From Centroscyllium fabricii (lineage: Eukaryota): 64,000 nucleotides of DNA. The notes under the pieces were generated by a model, which was not told the DNA's origin, did no database searches, and saw only the letters and a list, made by a program, of their open reading frames with translations. The stretch is taken from NCBI GenBank assembly GCA_051313645.2, contig JBNRSN020000002.1, positions 219,666,001 through 219,730,000 of the forward strand, written 5' to 3'. Of this stretch, positions 1 to 10,427 are shown in pieces. How positions within the stretch are numbered: the first letter of the stretch is position 1; each line of letters starts with the position of its first letter. A program made the position numbers and the translations under genes.

Positions 1-369
1 GCTAACCACTATGCCACCCTCTGTTCTCTGATGCTAAAGATCAGCCATTCTACACGTGTTTCAAGAGCTTAAATGTCTTCTCTATGTTTCAGTGAGCAGA
101 AGTGGACAAAGGTACAGTTTGACCAGAAGTCTATATAGTTTTAGCATATCATCTCCAACTTGTATTCTACTGATTTGGCTATTTAAATCAGTGGTCTAGT
201 TGCTTTTGCTGATTGTTGTTTTGCAGTGACTGGACAAATAAAGGGAATGAGTCCACTTATGCTCTTAGGAATTCTTTCAAAATCACCAGTAGCTATTTCC
301 TCATTATCCATGGACTTTTGTCAAGTTTTTTTCTCCCTACATGCAATACTCATCAATATGGAACTTCAT

Positions 370-570
370 TTGCCACTATTCCACCCAAATACGGCTTTCA
401 TCCAACTCCGTTTTAGGTCCTTGACAACCTCTTCAACTTCAGCTAGCCTCCTCCTAGTTCAATATCATCTGCAGATTTGACCAATTTGCTTTAGCTTCTG
501 AATTTAAGTCACTAATATAAATCAGAATCCGTAGGATACCAACACTAATCCCTGGGCACTCCACTCCACG
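370..570 (-). mobile_element. Old CR1 LINE RT fragment
   Basis: Minus strand gives degenerate SGVPQGxVLG / IYISDL / K.ADD motifs. Confidence 0.6.
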
Positions 571-1130
571 CAATGCTTTCTTCATTATATTACTGAACAA
601 GTATCCACTATTCCCCAACTTTCAAACCAAATGGATTCCCATGTTTTATCTTGACTTCCCGTTGCTTTAAACAATCAACAGGCTCAAATGCCTGGGAACG
701 AATGTTACCCAAAAGTTGTCAGGACTACCATACAGGATTATATGGAACATTATGCCAGCTGCTCTACCCAAATCAAAGAAACTCAGAAAGGTCCTCCAAC
801 CAATTTTAGAGAAAGAGGAAAAAGATGGTCAACATCTTTGCAGTACCTGTACTAGGGTGCACTGTACAAGACCAGAACAAGACTCTTTATGAATTCACTT
901 GAGAAGGGGAATACAGAAACAACATACAACCCAGATAAGTTTACAAGCATGAGCTGTCTTGGGCACAGCTGGAGTGTCTGTAACAAACTATCAATCGACC
1001 GCTATAAACTGCTTCACCTGCATCAGAACATAGGTTAAAACAAGATCTACAATATTGGACAGGTGATGTCATCACCAAATTTAAATTGAAATTATCTTAT
1101 GTGAGTTCAAGATTATTTAATACTCAGTAC

Positions 1131-1317
1131 CTTTCGTTGCATCCATTCCTCCAACTGCAAACAGAACACCTACGGTAGACTTCCTAGGTTTAGTGCGAGG
1201 ACTCTGCATCATGTTTCGTCGCTCTGGTAGCAGGTGATATTTCATTGCTTCCATGATGAGTTTTTGGCATTCAATATCATCTCTAAACAGCAGATTGTTC
1301 TCCATGTCTGCAAGAAA
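1131..1317 (-). CDS. KLHL5: Internal coding exon of kelch-like protein 5 (end of BACK region, linker and start of first Kelch repeat)
   Basis: Minus strand has acceptor TTCCTACTAG|TTT at 1318/1317 and donor AAAG|GTACTG at 1131/1130. The 187 nt are 62 codons plus 1 and read [62 protein letters not shown](G). From memory this is closer to KLHL5 ([25 protein letters not shown]) than to KLHL1/KLHL4. Confidence 0.88.
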
Positions 1318-2150
1318 CTAGTAGGAACAATTCACATTCAAACAAACATCCAGTATGAACTAAAAAAATGAAAAACATTTGCTCAACTTAAACTTCTTGG
1401 GGAAGTAAATAATTTGCACACAGTTACAAAACCACAGTTTCTTCAATTTCCCCAACATTTCCTTCTGTAAAAAGATACAGTCCTTGGTTATATATTTTAC
1501 ATTAATTTGGCCTACAGCGATTTTACTATGTCGTAAACTTAGCCACTGAAACCATTAAACTAAACATGCTTTAGTGAACTACTGTACTGTGTATTATATT
1601 TAGAATGAAAAACCAAGAGTGATATTACTCGAGTAGGTTACAAAAAATGTAAGATTACCTACAGTAGGTATCAGCTTCCTCATTTTTTCAAATAAGTTCA
1701 TCCTCCACATACAAACTGTAGGTTCCACTGTCCTGAGGGAAAGGCCACTTAGAAACACTGCCTCTAAGAAATTTGCATACGTATGGTCAAATGCGACAAT
1801 AAGGCTTCATTCTTGGTCACATCTTTAGTTCTTTGATGAGAGCCTTAAAGTAGCAAGGAGACCACAAGTAACTGAGAGAACGCTCAAATATCCACAGTAA
1901 ACACTCCAATAAGAATGAAAAGTAGGTCAGGAAAGAGCTTTGCATGAGGAGAATGAACTTCTTTCAAAGAAGGAGTAGTTAATTAAGGTTATTTACTCAT
2001 TTGTTCAAATTTCACAGGCTAATTGGGTATACCAGAGTAGTGCAGAAATTGGTGTGATTCAGGGGAATACAAGTTCAGGCCAGAACAAAGTGCTTATTGT
2101 CCTGAATCTTACTAAAAGGATATTCAGAATGTCCCAGGCAGCTGCCTTAT

Positions 2151-2450
2151 CATAGAATCATAGAATCCCTACAGTGCAGATAGAGGCCATTTCGGCCCAT
2201 CGAGCCTGCACCGACACATATCCCACCCTATCCCCACATATTTAATCCCCCTAACACTAAGGGTCAATTTATCCTGGCCAATCAACCTAACCCGCACATC
2301 TTTGGACTGTGGGAGGAAACCGGAGCACCCGGAGGAAACCCACGCAGACACGGGGAGAATGTGCAAACTCCACACAGATAGTACCCGAGGCTGGATTTGA
2401 ACCCGGGCCCCTAGCGCTGTGAGGCAACAGTGCTAACCACTATGCCGCCC
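2151..2450 (-). mobile_element. HE1-type V-SINE (tRNA-derived head, V domain, CR1-derived tail)
   Basis: Minus strand has a GGGCGGCATAGTGGTTAGCAC head, a GGTTCAAATCC B box, the V core TGTGTGGAGTTTGCACATTCTCCCCGTGTCTGCGTGGGTTTCCTCCGGGTGCTCCGG and an ATTCTATG-repeat tail. Confidence 0.85.
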
Positions 2451-2949
2451 ATAGATGACCTAAGGAAGAATCTCAGCAATTGTCCCAAAAGAAACGACTG
2501 CATCAATATAAAAAACAAATATGAAAATAACATTCGCATTCTGTGTTGCTCCTCACTTACAGGATAATGGCCCTGAAAATCTGTGACCATTCTGGTCGAC
2601 TCCCACTATAACGAGTGAGAAGCCTGGCATATCTCAGCGACAAGGAGGATGTGGGTGTCCACCTAGCGCAACGAGATGTCCGAACATAAGGGATTCATTT
2701 TTTCTTTCACAGTAATTACAAGCAGCCTCTTGAAACCTAGACACCAACCCCGCACCCACTCTCTCACCTTTTAAACTTCGGGTCAGTAACAGAGTCAGAT
2801 CCCAGCATTGAAGTTGTGATGTAACCACCACAAATTTTGAGGGTTAATACCTCGAGAAATGAGGAGAAAAGAGATATGGTGGACACCAAGCATGAGGATA
2901 GGGGAGGGGCATGAAGAAGCTTGGATTGAAAACCGAAAGCACAGTCGAA

Positions 2950-3540
2950 GAGAAGGGTTGTGAGGAGGTTTTTGGAAGCAGGGAGGGAGCTAATTAAGCA
3001 AAGCGGACTGGACAGAGAATACTAGCTGGCAAGAGTGAAGTGGCTAAACAAGCAGCTACCAATGTAGAAGGTAAGGAGCAAGGAGTGACGAGCAGTCTGA
3101 TGCTATAAAAGTGGAAATGTAAGGCGGAAGGAAATCAATAAGAGTGTGGGTGAGGCCATGGAATGATTTGAAAACAAATACCAGAATTTGGAAAACAACA
3201 CCTGGGGCACAGGCACCCACCCAATGGAGCTTGGAGATTGTGGGGTGATAGGAATATGGACCTTAGTGCAGGCAAGCGGTGGGCTGTTTTATGTTTTTGA
3301 AGAGTTGAAATTTATGATGATTTGGTGTGGGAATACTAGCCAGAAGAGTGCTGGAGAAGTCAAACCCTGAGGTGTTGAAGGCATGGACTAAGGTTTTGGC
3401 AGCAGAAGGGAGGAGATGGGAGTGGAGGCAGGCAATGCTGAGGAAGTGAGAGAAAATAGTTCTGGTAACAGCAGCAGTGAAACTGTGCTCAGGATCACGC
3501 AGCATGCCAAGGTTCCACACTTCCTGACTCAGTTTGAGTT
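2950..3540 (-). mobile_element. Degenerate L2 LINE 3' part
   Basis: ORF 3263-3520 (NLGML.DPE.SF ... AAKTLVHAFNTSGFDFSSTLLAS) resembles the L2 ORF2 C-terminus. Confidence 0.65.
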
Positions 3541-3555
3541 AGCAGCTAGGGAGGT

Positions 3556-3785
3556 TAGAATCATAGAATGATATAGCACAGAAGGTGGCTATTTGGCCCA
3601 TCGTGCCTGTGCCAGCTCTTTGAAAGAGCTATCCAATTAGTCCCACTCCCCTGCTCTTTGCTCATAGCCCAGCAAATTTTCCCTTTTCAAGTATTTATCC
3701 AATTCCCTTTTGAAGGATATTACTGAATCTGCTTCCAACCCTCTTTCAGGCAGTGCATTCCAGATCATAACAACTTGATGCCTAA
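3556..3785 (-). mobile_element. CR1 LINE 3' end
   Basis: Encodes VVMIWNALPER..EADS..SFKRELDKYL, followed by a CR1 3'UTR and ATTCTA tail. Confidence 0.75.
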
Positions 3786-3924
3786 GTTGTGTAAGTAAGT
3801 TTGAGGGCCTCAAAGCCAGAGAATCAGAGGTGCCGACTGGAGCAGAAGAGGATAGTTTCACTTCGTGACCCAATTTGCTAATATTTCTTTGACAACTGGG
3901 TTTATCTAAATCTTGAATCCCACC

Positions 3925-4145
3925 ACCCAAAGACATGCAGGTTAGGTGACTTGGAGATACAAAAAAAAAAATTGCCCATGAGTATGCGTGTGAGATATAG
4001 TTCTTAGAGTTGGGGGTGTCGGGGGATATGGGGAGAGGGTAGGAGTGGGGTGCTGGGTTTGGATGATCAGCCATGATCTCATCAATATGGCGGAGCAGGC
4101 TCGAAGGGCCGAATGGCCTACGCCAGCTTCTATCTTCTGTGTTTG
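3925..4145 (+). mobile_element. 5'-truncated V-SINE with CR1-derived tail
   Basis: CCAAAGACATGCAGGTTAGG V-domain end, then the CR1-type tail GATCAGCCATGATCTC..GGCGGAGCAGGCTCGAAGGGCCGAATGGCC. Confidence 0.65.
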
Positions 4146-4301
4146 TTTACAAAAGAAACAAACCACTTCCTAGATCAATTAAAGTCTTTTGTCCAGTCCA
4201 CACAAAAGGTTTGTGTTCTACGATTGTTTACCAAGTCAGTTTCTTTCAGTAGCAGAAATTCTAGAAAACAATTAAAGAAATTAGAGGCACTAAATGTGAA
4301 T

Positions 4302-5474
4302 GGGCTGCTTTTCCCGATGGCCCCGGGGCCCAACGCGTGAGTACGGAGCGGGTACTCACACGTGCGGCCCTTGGAATTGCAGGTAGACGCCATTTCCCGT
4401 GCATGCGTGGGATACCTGCAATTAGAAACATAGAAGATAGGAGCAGGAGTAGGCCATTCGGCCCTTCGAGCCTGCACCGCCATTCAATGAGATCATGGCT
4501 GATCATCCAAACCCAGTACCCTGTCCTTGCCTTGTCCCCATATCCCTCGATCCCTATCGAGCCTGCACCGACACACACCCCGTAACCCCACATATTCAAT
4601 CCCCCTAACACTAAGGGTCAATTTATCATGGCCAATCAACCTAACCTGCACATCTTTGGACTGTGGGAGGAAACCGGAGCACCCGGAGGAAACCCACGCA
4701 GACACGGGGAGAATGTGCAAACTCCACACAGATAGTACCCGAGGCTGGATTTGAACCAGGGTCTCTAGTGCTGTAAGGCAACAGTGCTACCCACTGTGCC
4801 ACCGTGCCGCCCAAGATTTAGATAAACCCACGAAGAAGGCTGGGGGGGGGGGGGGGGGGGGGGTGTGGTCGGGAGCTGAAGCGCGTTGGCCTGCGTGCAG
4901 TGCACTTCCGATTTTTTTCTGAGTTTTTCATCGGGGTAACTATCGGGAACGTTACGGCTGATCAGCCGTAATGACCCCTTTTTAGCAGGTAAGTCTTTAT
5001 TTTATTGAATTGAAATATTTTTTTAACAGGTTTTTAATTTTTTTAAACTTTAAAGATGGGTAAGTATTTTTTTAGGGCAGTTAAAAACTTAAAATATTTT
5101 TTCAATTTTTATTTTTTGTTTAAAATAGGTAATGTATGTTAGTTATAGTACTGTTAAAAAATGCGGTGTTTAAAAAAAAATTATTTTACTGTTTACCGTG
5201 TTTTTGGGGCTCTTCCATTTCATAACTTTAACAGATCTGTCAAAGTTATGAATGGAGGATTCTTTCCAGTGATTGGCTCCCCGCGGACACGTGGTCCCGC
5301 GCGGAGCTTCCCCACTAACTTCGACGCTGAGTTGCCTCAGCGCGGTGCGTGGGGCCTGGAGCAGTACCTGGAATCGGGATTTCAAATCCCAGAAGAGGAC
5401 AACGACAGGTGAATCCGTAAGTCTGGGTTGGAGGCTTGCACTCGCAGGAATCCTCCAACCCGAATTTCTGGGCC
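4302..5474 (+). mobile_element. Non-autonomous Harbinger-like DNA transposon (MITE family A), interrupted by a SINE
   Basis: Right terminus AATTTCTGGGCC, with AAT on both flanks (4299-4301, 5475-5477). Colinear with the copy at 25344-26102. Confidence 0.7.
4423..4812 (-). mobile_element. HE1-type V-SINE with a chimeric (extended) CR1 tail
   Basis: Head and V core as at 2151-2450. The tail matches the 3'UTR of the young CR1 at 6427-8083. Confidence 0.85.
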
Positions 5475-5477
5475 AAT

Positions 5478-6165
5478 AATTCGGGTCGGAGGCTTCCCGC
5501 GATTGCAAGCCTCCAACCTGCACTTACCTAGCACGCTGGCCGTTGAGCTGTGGGCCCGCGTGCAATTCCGATGCGGGGCCTGCTTCAACTGTCGGCGCGC
5601 CGCATTCACGGATCCCAGCGGCGAAGATAGTGCGAGGGATCACGTGGGCCACGGAGAGCCAATCGGAGCACAGAATGCTCCATTCATAAGTTTGACAGTA
5701 AGAGCTGTCAAAAGTATGAAAACTACAAGCCCCAAAACATCACTGAATCTTCAAATAAAAATTTTTTAAATCACATTTTTAAAATATCTATCAATCACAT
5801 TAAATAACTATTTTAAAAATAAACTTAACTTTCTTTAAAGTATTTAAAAATAATAAACCTGTGGAAAAAATGTTTTAATTTGAATTAATTCACCACTTAC
5901 CTTGTTAAAACCAGGCTTTGCACATTAAAATATCAGCTGTAACGTTTTCATACTTACCCAGACACAGAATCTTATAAAAAAAAAAAAAAGTGGAAGTGCA
6001 GTGCGCACGCGCTGCCGCGTTCCGACCCCTGAACCCTTCTGTCAGGAGATCAGAAGTGCTGGTTTCGTGCCCATGCGCTGTGCATGCACGAAACTGGTAC
6101 TTTGGATGGGCCTACGGGTGAGTACCTAGCCTGTGCTCACGCATTGGGACCCAAATTTCTGGGCC
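5478..6165 (-). mobile_element. Related MITE in opposite orientation, abutting family A tail-to-tail
   Basis: 5478-5527 is the reverse complement of 5417-5466. The outer end is CCAAATTTCTGGGCC, and its subterminal region matches the left end of the 4302 element. Confidence 0.65.
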
Positions 6166-6426
6166 ATTATTAATTTTCCATGTCAAAACAAGGGATAGTA
6201 TTAAGCAAGAGAAACATATGCCCACTGTCCATGCTCCTTTCATAAACTGAGATATGTTGTGGCTTTTGTTAAGTCCGTGCTGTGTGTCTCATAGAACAAT
6301 GGACTCGACTCCAGGGTGTAAAACAAATAGGTGTTTATTCATCAACTACAGAGTATGGAACTTCAATGAGACTCATTACTGGACTGACATCTTACATCAA
6401 TCTCCTGACGTCAACTGAACATATCA

Positions 6427-8083
6427 GACATGACAGATATCAGTATTTCTAAGGAGATGGTTTTGGGGAAGTTGAAGGGATTGAAGGCCGACAAATCCCC
6501 AGGGCCTGATAATCTATATCCTAGGGTACTTAAAGAGGTGGCCCTGGAAATAGCGGGTGCTTTAAGGATCATTTTCCAGAACTCGATAGACTCTGGATCA
6601 GTACCCACGGATTGGAGGGTGGCTAATGTTACCCCACTATTTAAAAAGGGGGGCAGAGAGAAAGCAGGGAATTATAGACCAGTAAGCCTTACATCAGTAG
6701 TGGGCAAAATACTCGAGTTCATTATCAAGGATGTAATCTCAGAGCATTTGACAATTAGGGATGAGATCGGACAGAGTCAACATGGATTTACAAAAGGTAA
6801 ATCATGTTTAACTAATCTATTGGAATTCTTTGAGGAAGTAACTCGGAAAATAGATGGGGGAGAGCCAGTAGATGTGGTGTACCTTGACTTCCAGAAAGCC
6901 TTCGATAAGGTTCCACATAAAAGATTAGCATGTAAAATTAAGGCTCATGGGATTGGGGGCAAAGTTTTGATGTGGATAGAGAACTGGTTGGCAGATAGAA
7001 AACAGAGAGTTGGAATTAACGGCTCGTTTTCTGAGTGGCAGCCGGTGACTAGTGGGGTACCGCAGGGGTCTGTCCTGGGACCCCAGCTGTTTACAATATA
7101 TATTAATGATCTGGATCAGGGAATTGAATGTAATATCTCCAAATTCGCGGATGACACCAAACTAGGAGGGGGGCGGGCTCTGAAGAGGGTGTCAGGAAGT
7201 TACAGGGCGATTTGGATAAGTTGGGGGACTGGGCAGATAGATGGCAGATGCACTATAATGTGGATAAATGTGAGGTTATCCACTTTGGGGGCAAAAACAG
7301 GAGGGTAGATTATTACTTAAATGGCAATAGATTGGGAGATGGGGAGGTGCAAAGAGACCTGGGTGTTCTTGTGCACCAGTCGCTGAAGGCGAGCACGCAG
7401 GTGCAGCAGGCGGTTAGGAAGGCAAATGGTGTGTTGGCCTTCATATCAAGAGGGTTCGAGTATAGGAATAAGGATACCTTACTACAGCTGTACAAGGCAC
7501 TGGTGAGACCACACCTCGAGTATTGTGTACAGTTCTGGTCGCCTTGCCTGAGGAAGGATGTTCTTGCCATGGAAGGAGTGCAGCGGCGTTTCACCAGGCT
7601 GGTTCCTGGAATGGCAGGAATGACCTACGAGGAGAGATTATGTAGTCTGGGCTTGTACTCATTGGAGTTTAGAAGATTGAGAGGCGATCTCATTGAGACA
7701 TATAAAATTCTGAAAGGTCTGGACAGGTTAGATACAGAGAGAATGTTTCCAATGGCGGGGGAGTCCAGAATCAGGGGCCACGGTCTAAGAATAAGGGGTA
7801 AGCCATTTAGGACAGACATGAGGAAGAATTTCTTCACTCAGAGAGTGGTGGGCCTGTGGAATTCCTTGCCACAGAGGGCGGTGGAGGCCAGTTCATTAAA
7901 CATATTCAAGAGGGAATTAGATATATTTCTTCAAGCTAAAGGGATTAAAGGTTACGGAGAAAAGGCGGGGACGGGGTACTAGCTTACTAAAGATCAGCCA
8001 TGATCTCATTGAATGGCGGAGCAGGCTCGAAGGGCTGAATGGCCTACTCCTGCTCCTATCTTTTATGATTCTATGATTCTATG
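6427..8083 (+). mobile_element. Young 5'-truncated CR1 LINE (RT to 3'UTR) inserted in the 3' LTR of the Mag element
   Basis: ORFs 6430-7308 and 7212-7982 (one frameshift) carry [21 protein letters not shown] and KFADD. ATGATTCT tail repeats, ATCA on both flanks. Confidence 0.95.
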
Positions 8084-8864
8084 ATCACTACACACACAAA
8101 CTTATATACCCTAGTGGTTGGCCTAAGTACTGCAGTATTACTGCACCACAGAAAGGAGTGCCCAGCATAATAGGTTAAAGGCACATACACAACATTCCTC
8201 CCTTCTTAATTGAATCGTATAGGTACGATGATAAGTACTCAAGGGGGTACAACAGTAAACTATGCTTCACATACATTATTCGGTGCTAGTTTAGTCTCTT
8301 ACTACAATTTTCAATACCATTCTACTCATTATAACATTTTGCGTACAAGCAATATTTTTAACTCAAATGTTCCATGTTAACTTGTCTAAATCGAAAGAAC
8401 ATAATTACAACAATGGTTAACGTACATTTATCACATTGCTTACGAGTTCCGTTTCTTTCCAATCTTCATCTTACAGTACATTTCTTAGCAGCATTGTACA
8501 TCAACTCTATACATTTGAACATTTTAACATTTTAACGATTATTAGTTCTTCTATGAGGTTTTCTTGTCTTTCTCTTCACAGTCGGCTCTCTGACCGAATG
8601 GCCTGCATTTGCAATCTAGTCGCCTTGCATTTGAGCCTCAACCTTATCTTCCTCCAGTTGCACTTGCTCCTGTTCCATTACCGCCAGTCCTTCCGGTTGC
8701 GGAAGACTCTGCACTGTTAGCAGGTTCTTTTCAGTCTCTTATGGTTTAACTATTGCAACCAAACTCTTCTCTTCCATGTCCTTGGATGCACTGGCATTAT
8801 CCAAATACTCATCGGGGACTGAGCACTTTTCTACAGCCGCCGTACTCATAAATCGTATGAAGGT

Positions 8865-9858
8865 TGATGTAATAATGGAGTCTGATACATCAATAACTTA
8901 AAGCAAAGCTTTAATCCACTACATTATCACTATGTACAAAGACGGGTTTTACCATGCTTCCAGGTGAAGCTTTCTCCCCATACTGAGCAGTTCCAGTATT
9001 TATAGTAACAGGAAACAGGAAGTGACATGTACAGAGTTCACCCCTTAAGGGGCTGTCACACCTTGACGTTTTAGCCAGCGTATGCAAATTTGGCTAAAAC
9101 GCTGAACTATCGATGTTTTTTTCAGTTTTGGGCGTATAATAGCGTATTCATAACGAGTTGGACGTATGCATAACGTATTAGTAACGTACACAGAACGTTT
9201 CGATAAGTTACAGATAACTTATACCAACGAATGCTTAGCGTGTTGTCGGCGTTCACAACTTATGCCCAACGATAGTCTAACGTATGCATAGCGCGCGGCA
9301 GCGTATCGCCGACGTTTTAGATAAATTTTGATACGTCGGCATACGCTAGCTAAATTGTCAAGGTGTGACAGGGCATGACAGGGGCATAAGTTCTGTGGTC
9401 GTCCGGAAGACGTCAAATACGTCAATATGCGTTGGAGATACGTTACACATAGGTTCAAAGCACGTTACTCATAGGTTAGAAATAAGTTCCGGGTACGCTA
9501 GACATTATCTCGACGTATTTTGACTTATGACTAACTTACAAGTAACGTGTGTCGACGTGTGTGAACGATCGTCTAACGTGCTTACAACGTATGGCCAGCG
9601 TATGCGGAACGTGTGAATCATACGCAGGATACGTCGAGATTTTTTGTGCATGCTCAAAAATTCTCGACTTACTCGAAGTACAACGACGTATGCAACTTAT
9701 GGCCAGCGTATGCCAGCGTGCTCTTAACGTATACAAAACGTACCCATAACGTATCCGACGTAAACCAGCGTTTTAGCCAAATTTGCATACGCTGGCTAAA
9801 ACGTCAAGGTGTGACAGCCCCTTTAGTCTTCCCCAGAAGTCTGTTCAATATTACTACA
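8865..9858 (-). mobile_element. Solo LTR of an unrelated family (about 215 bp net), interrupted by a MITE
   Basis: Imperfect terminal inverted repeats TGATGTAATAAT..ATATTACTACA, 5-bp TSD AAGGT (8860-8864, 9859-9863). Minus strand has TATAAATA then ATTAAA. Confidence 0.8.
9048..9822. mobile_element. PIF/Harbinger MITE with perfect 57-bp TIRs
   Basis: AGGGGCTGTCACACCTTGACGTTTTAGCCAGCGTATGCAAATTTGGCTAAAACGCTG at both ends, inverted. TTA TSD at 9045-9047 and 9823-9825. No meaningful ORF. Confidence 0.92.
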
Positions 9859-9863
9859 AAGGT

Positions 9864-10423
9864 TATTTAGATCACTCTTTAGACCTTTCAAGTCCTCCTC
9901 AACCTCATTTTGCTGGTGTAACATAATGTTGATTTGGAGTTGCAGGGTTTGCATCTGGTGGTTGATCTGAAGCCGGTGTTGTCATAGCTTCTCTTCCACC
10001 AACCTTCTCTGTCGATCACTTTCTTCTCGACGTTCGCATTCCATAGCCTGAAATGCTGATTGATTGTTTTGTCTCATCTCATCGTTTTGAGATTGCCACT
10101 GACTTTGTGTAGTCTGGCACAACTTAATTTGGTCTCGTGCTTCCTGTAGTTCCTTAGTTAGATGAGAAATATTCCTCTGGTTTGTGTCTAGTCTGGCCGA
10201 AGTAATTGTATCCACTTTGGCAGCATCTGGGTTCCAACCGATTTTGATTCCTCTTATCCATTCCAGCCCCAAGAGTGGTGATTCCCCCGTTCTTTACAAC
10301 ATACAGGTTCAGTCCTGACACCATCCTAGATGTATATTGTATCATCACAGGCAACCTCCCCACTGCTTGGAATGCTTGTCCAGTGTACGTCCTGAAGACC
10401 ACTGGCGTCTCTTCTAAAGGAAT
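9864..10423 (-). pseudogene. C-terminal half of the Mag protease followed by a heptad coiled-coil region
   Basis: In frame with gag after removing the inner element and one ATGT: HIPLEETPVVFRTYTGQ..LYVVKNGG..(frameshift)LGLEWIRGIKIGW, then ISHLTKELQEARDQIKLC ... MQTLQLQINIMLHQQNEVEEDLKGL. Confidence 0.75.
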
Positions 10424-10427
10424 ATGT

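Noticed and set aside
1117-1305. 62-aa ORF as a stand-alone small gene
   Set aside because: It is the KLHL5 exon read from an internal ATG through the splice donor.
2380-2450. tRNA-like A/B boxes as tRNA genes (also 4735-4812)
   Set aside because: They are SINE heads attached to the V domain and do not form a full cloverleaf.
4842-4863. 22-nt G homopolymer
   Set aside because: The homologous MITE at about 25472 has only a short G run. This is a slippage expansion or a sequencing artefact.
9045-9825. Kolobok or piggyBac call from the TTAA at the left junction
   Set aside because: The TIR includes the second A and the right flank is TTAG, so the TSD is the 3-bp TTA of Harbinger.
9864-10240. 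Coiled-coil region as an env or fusogen
   Set aside because: No signal peptide, furin site, fusion peptide or transmembrane segment is visible, and it follows the protease directly.
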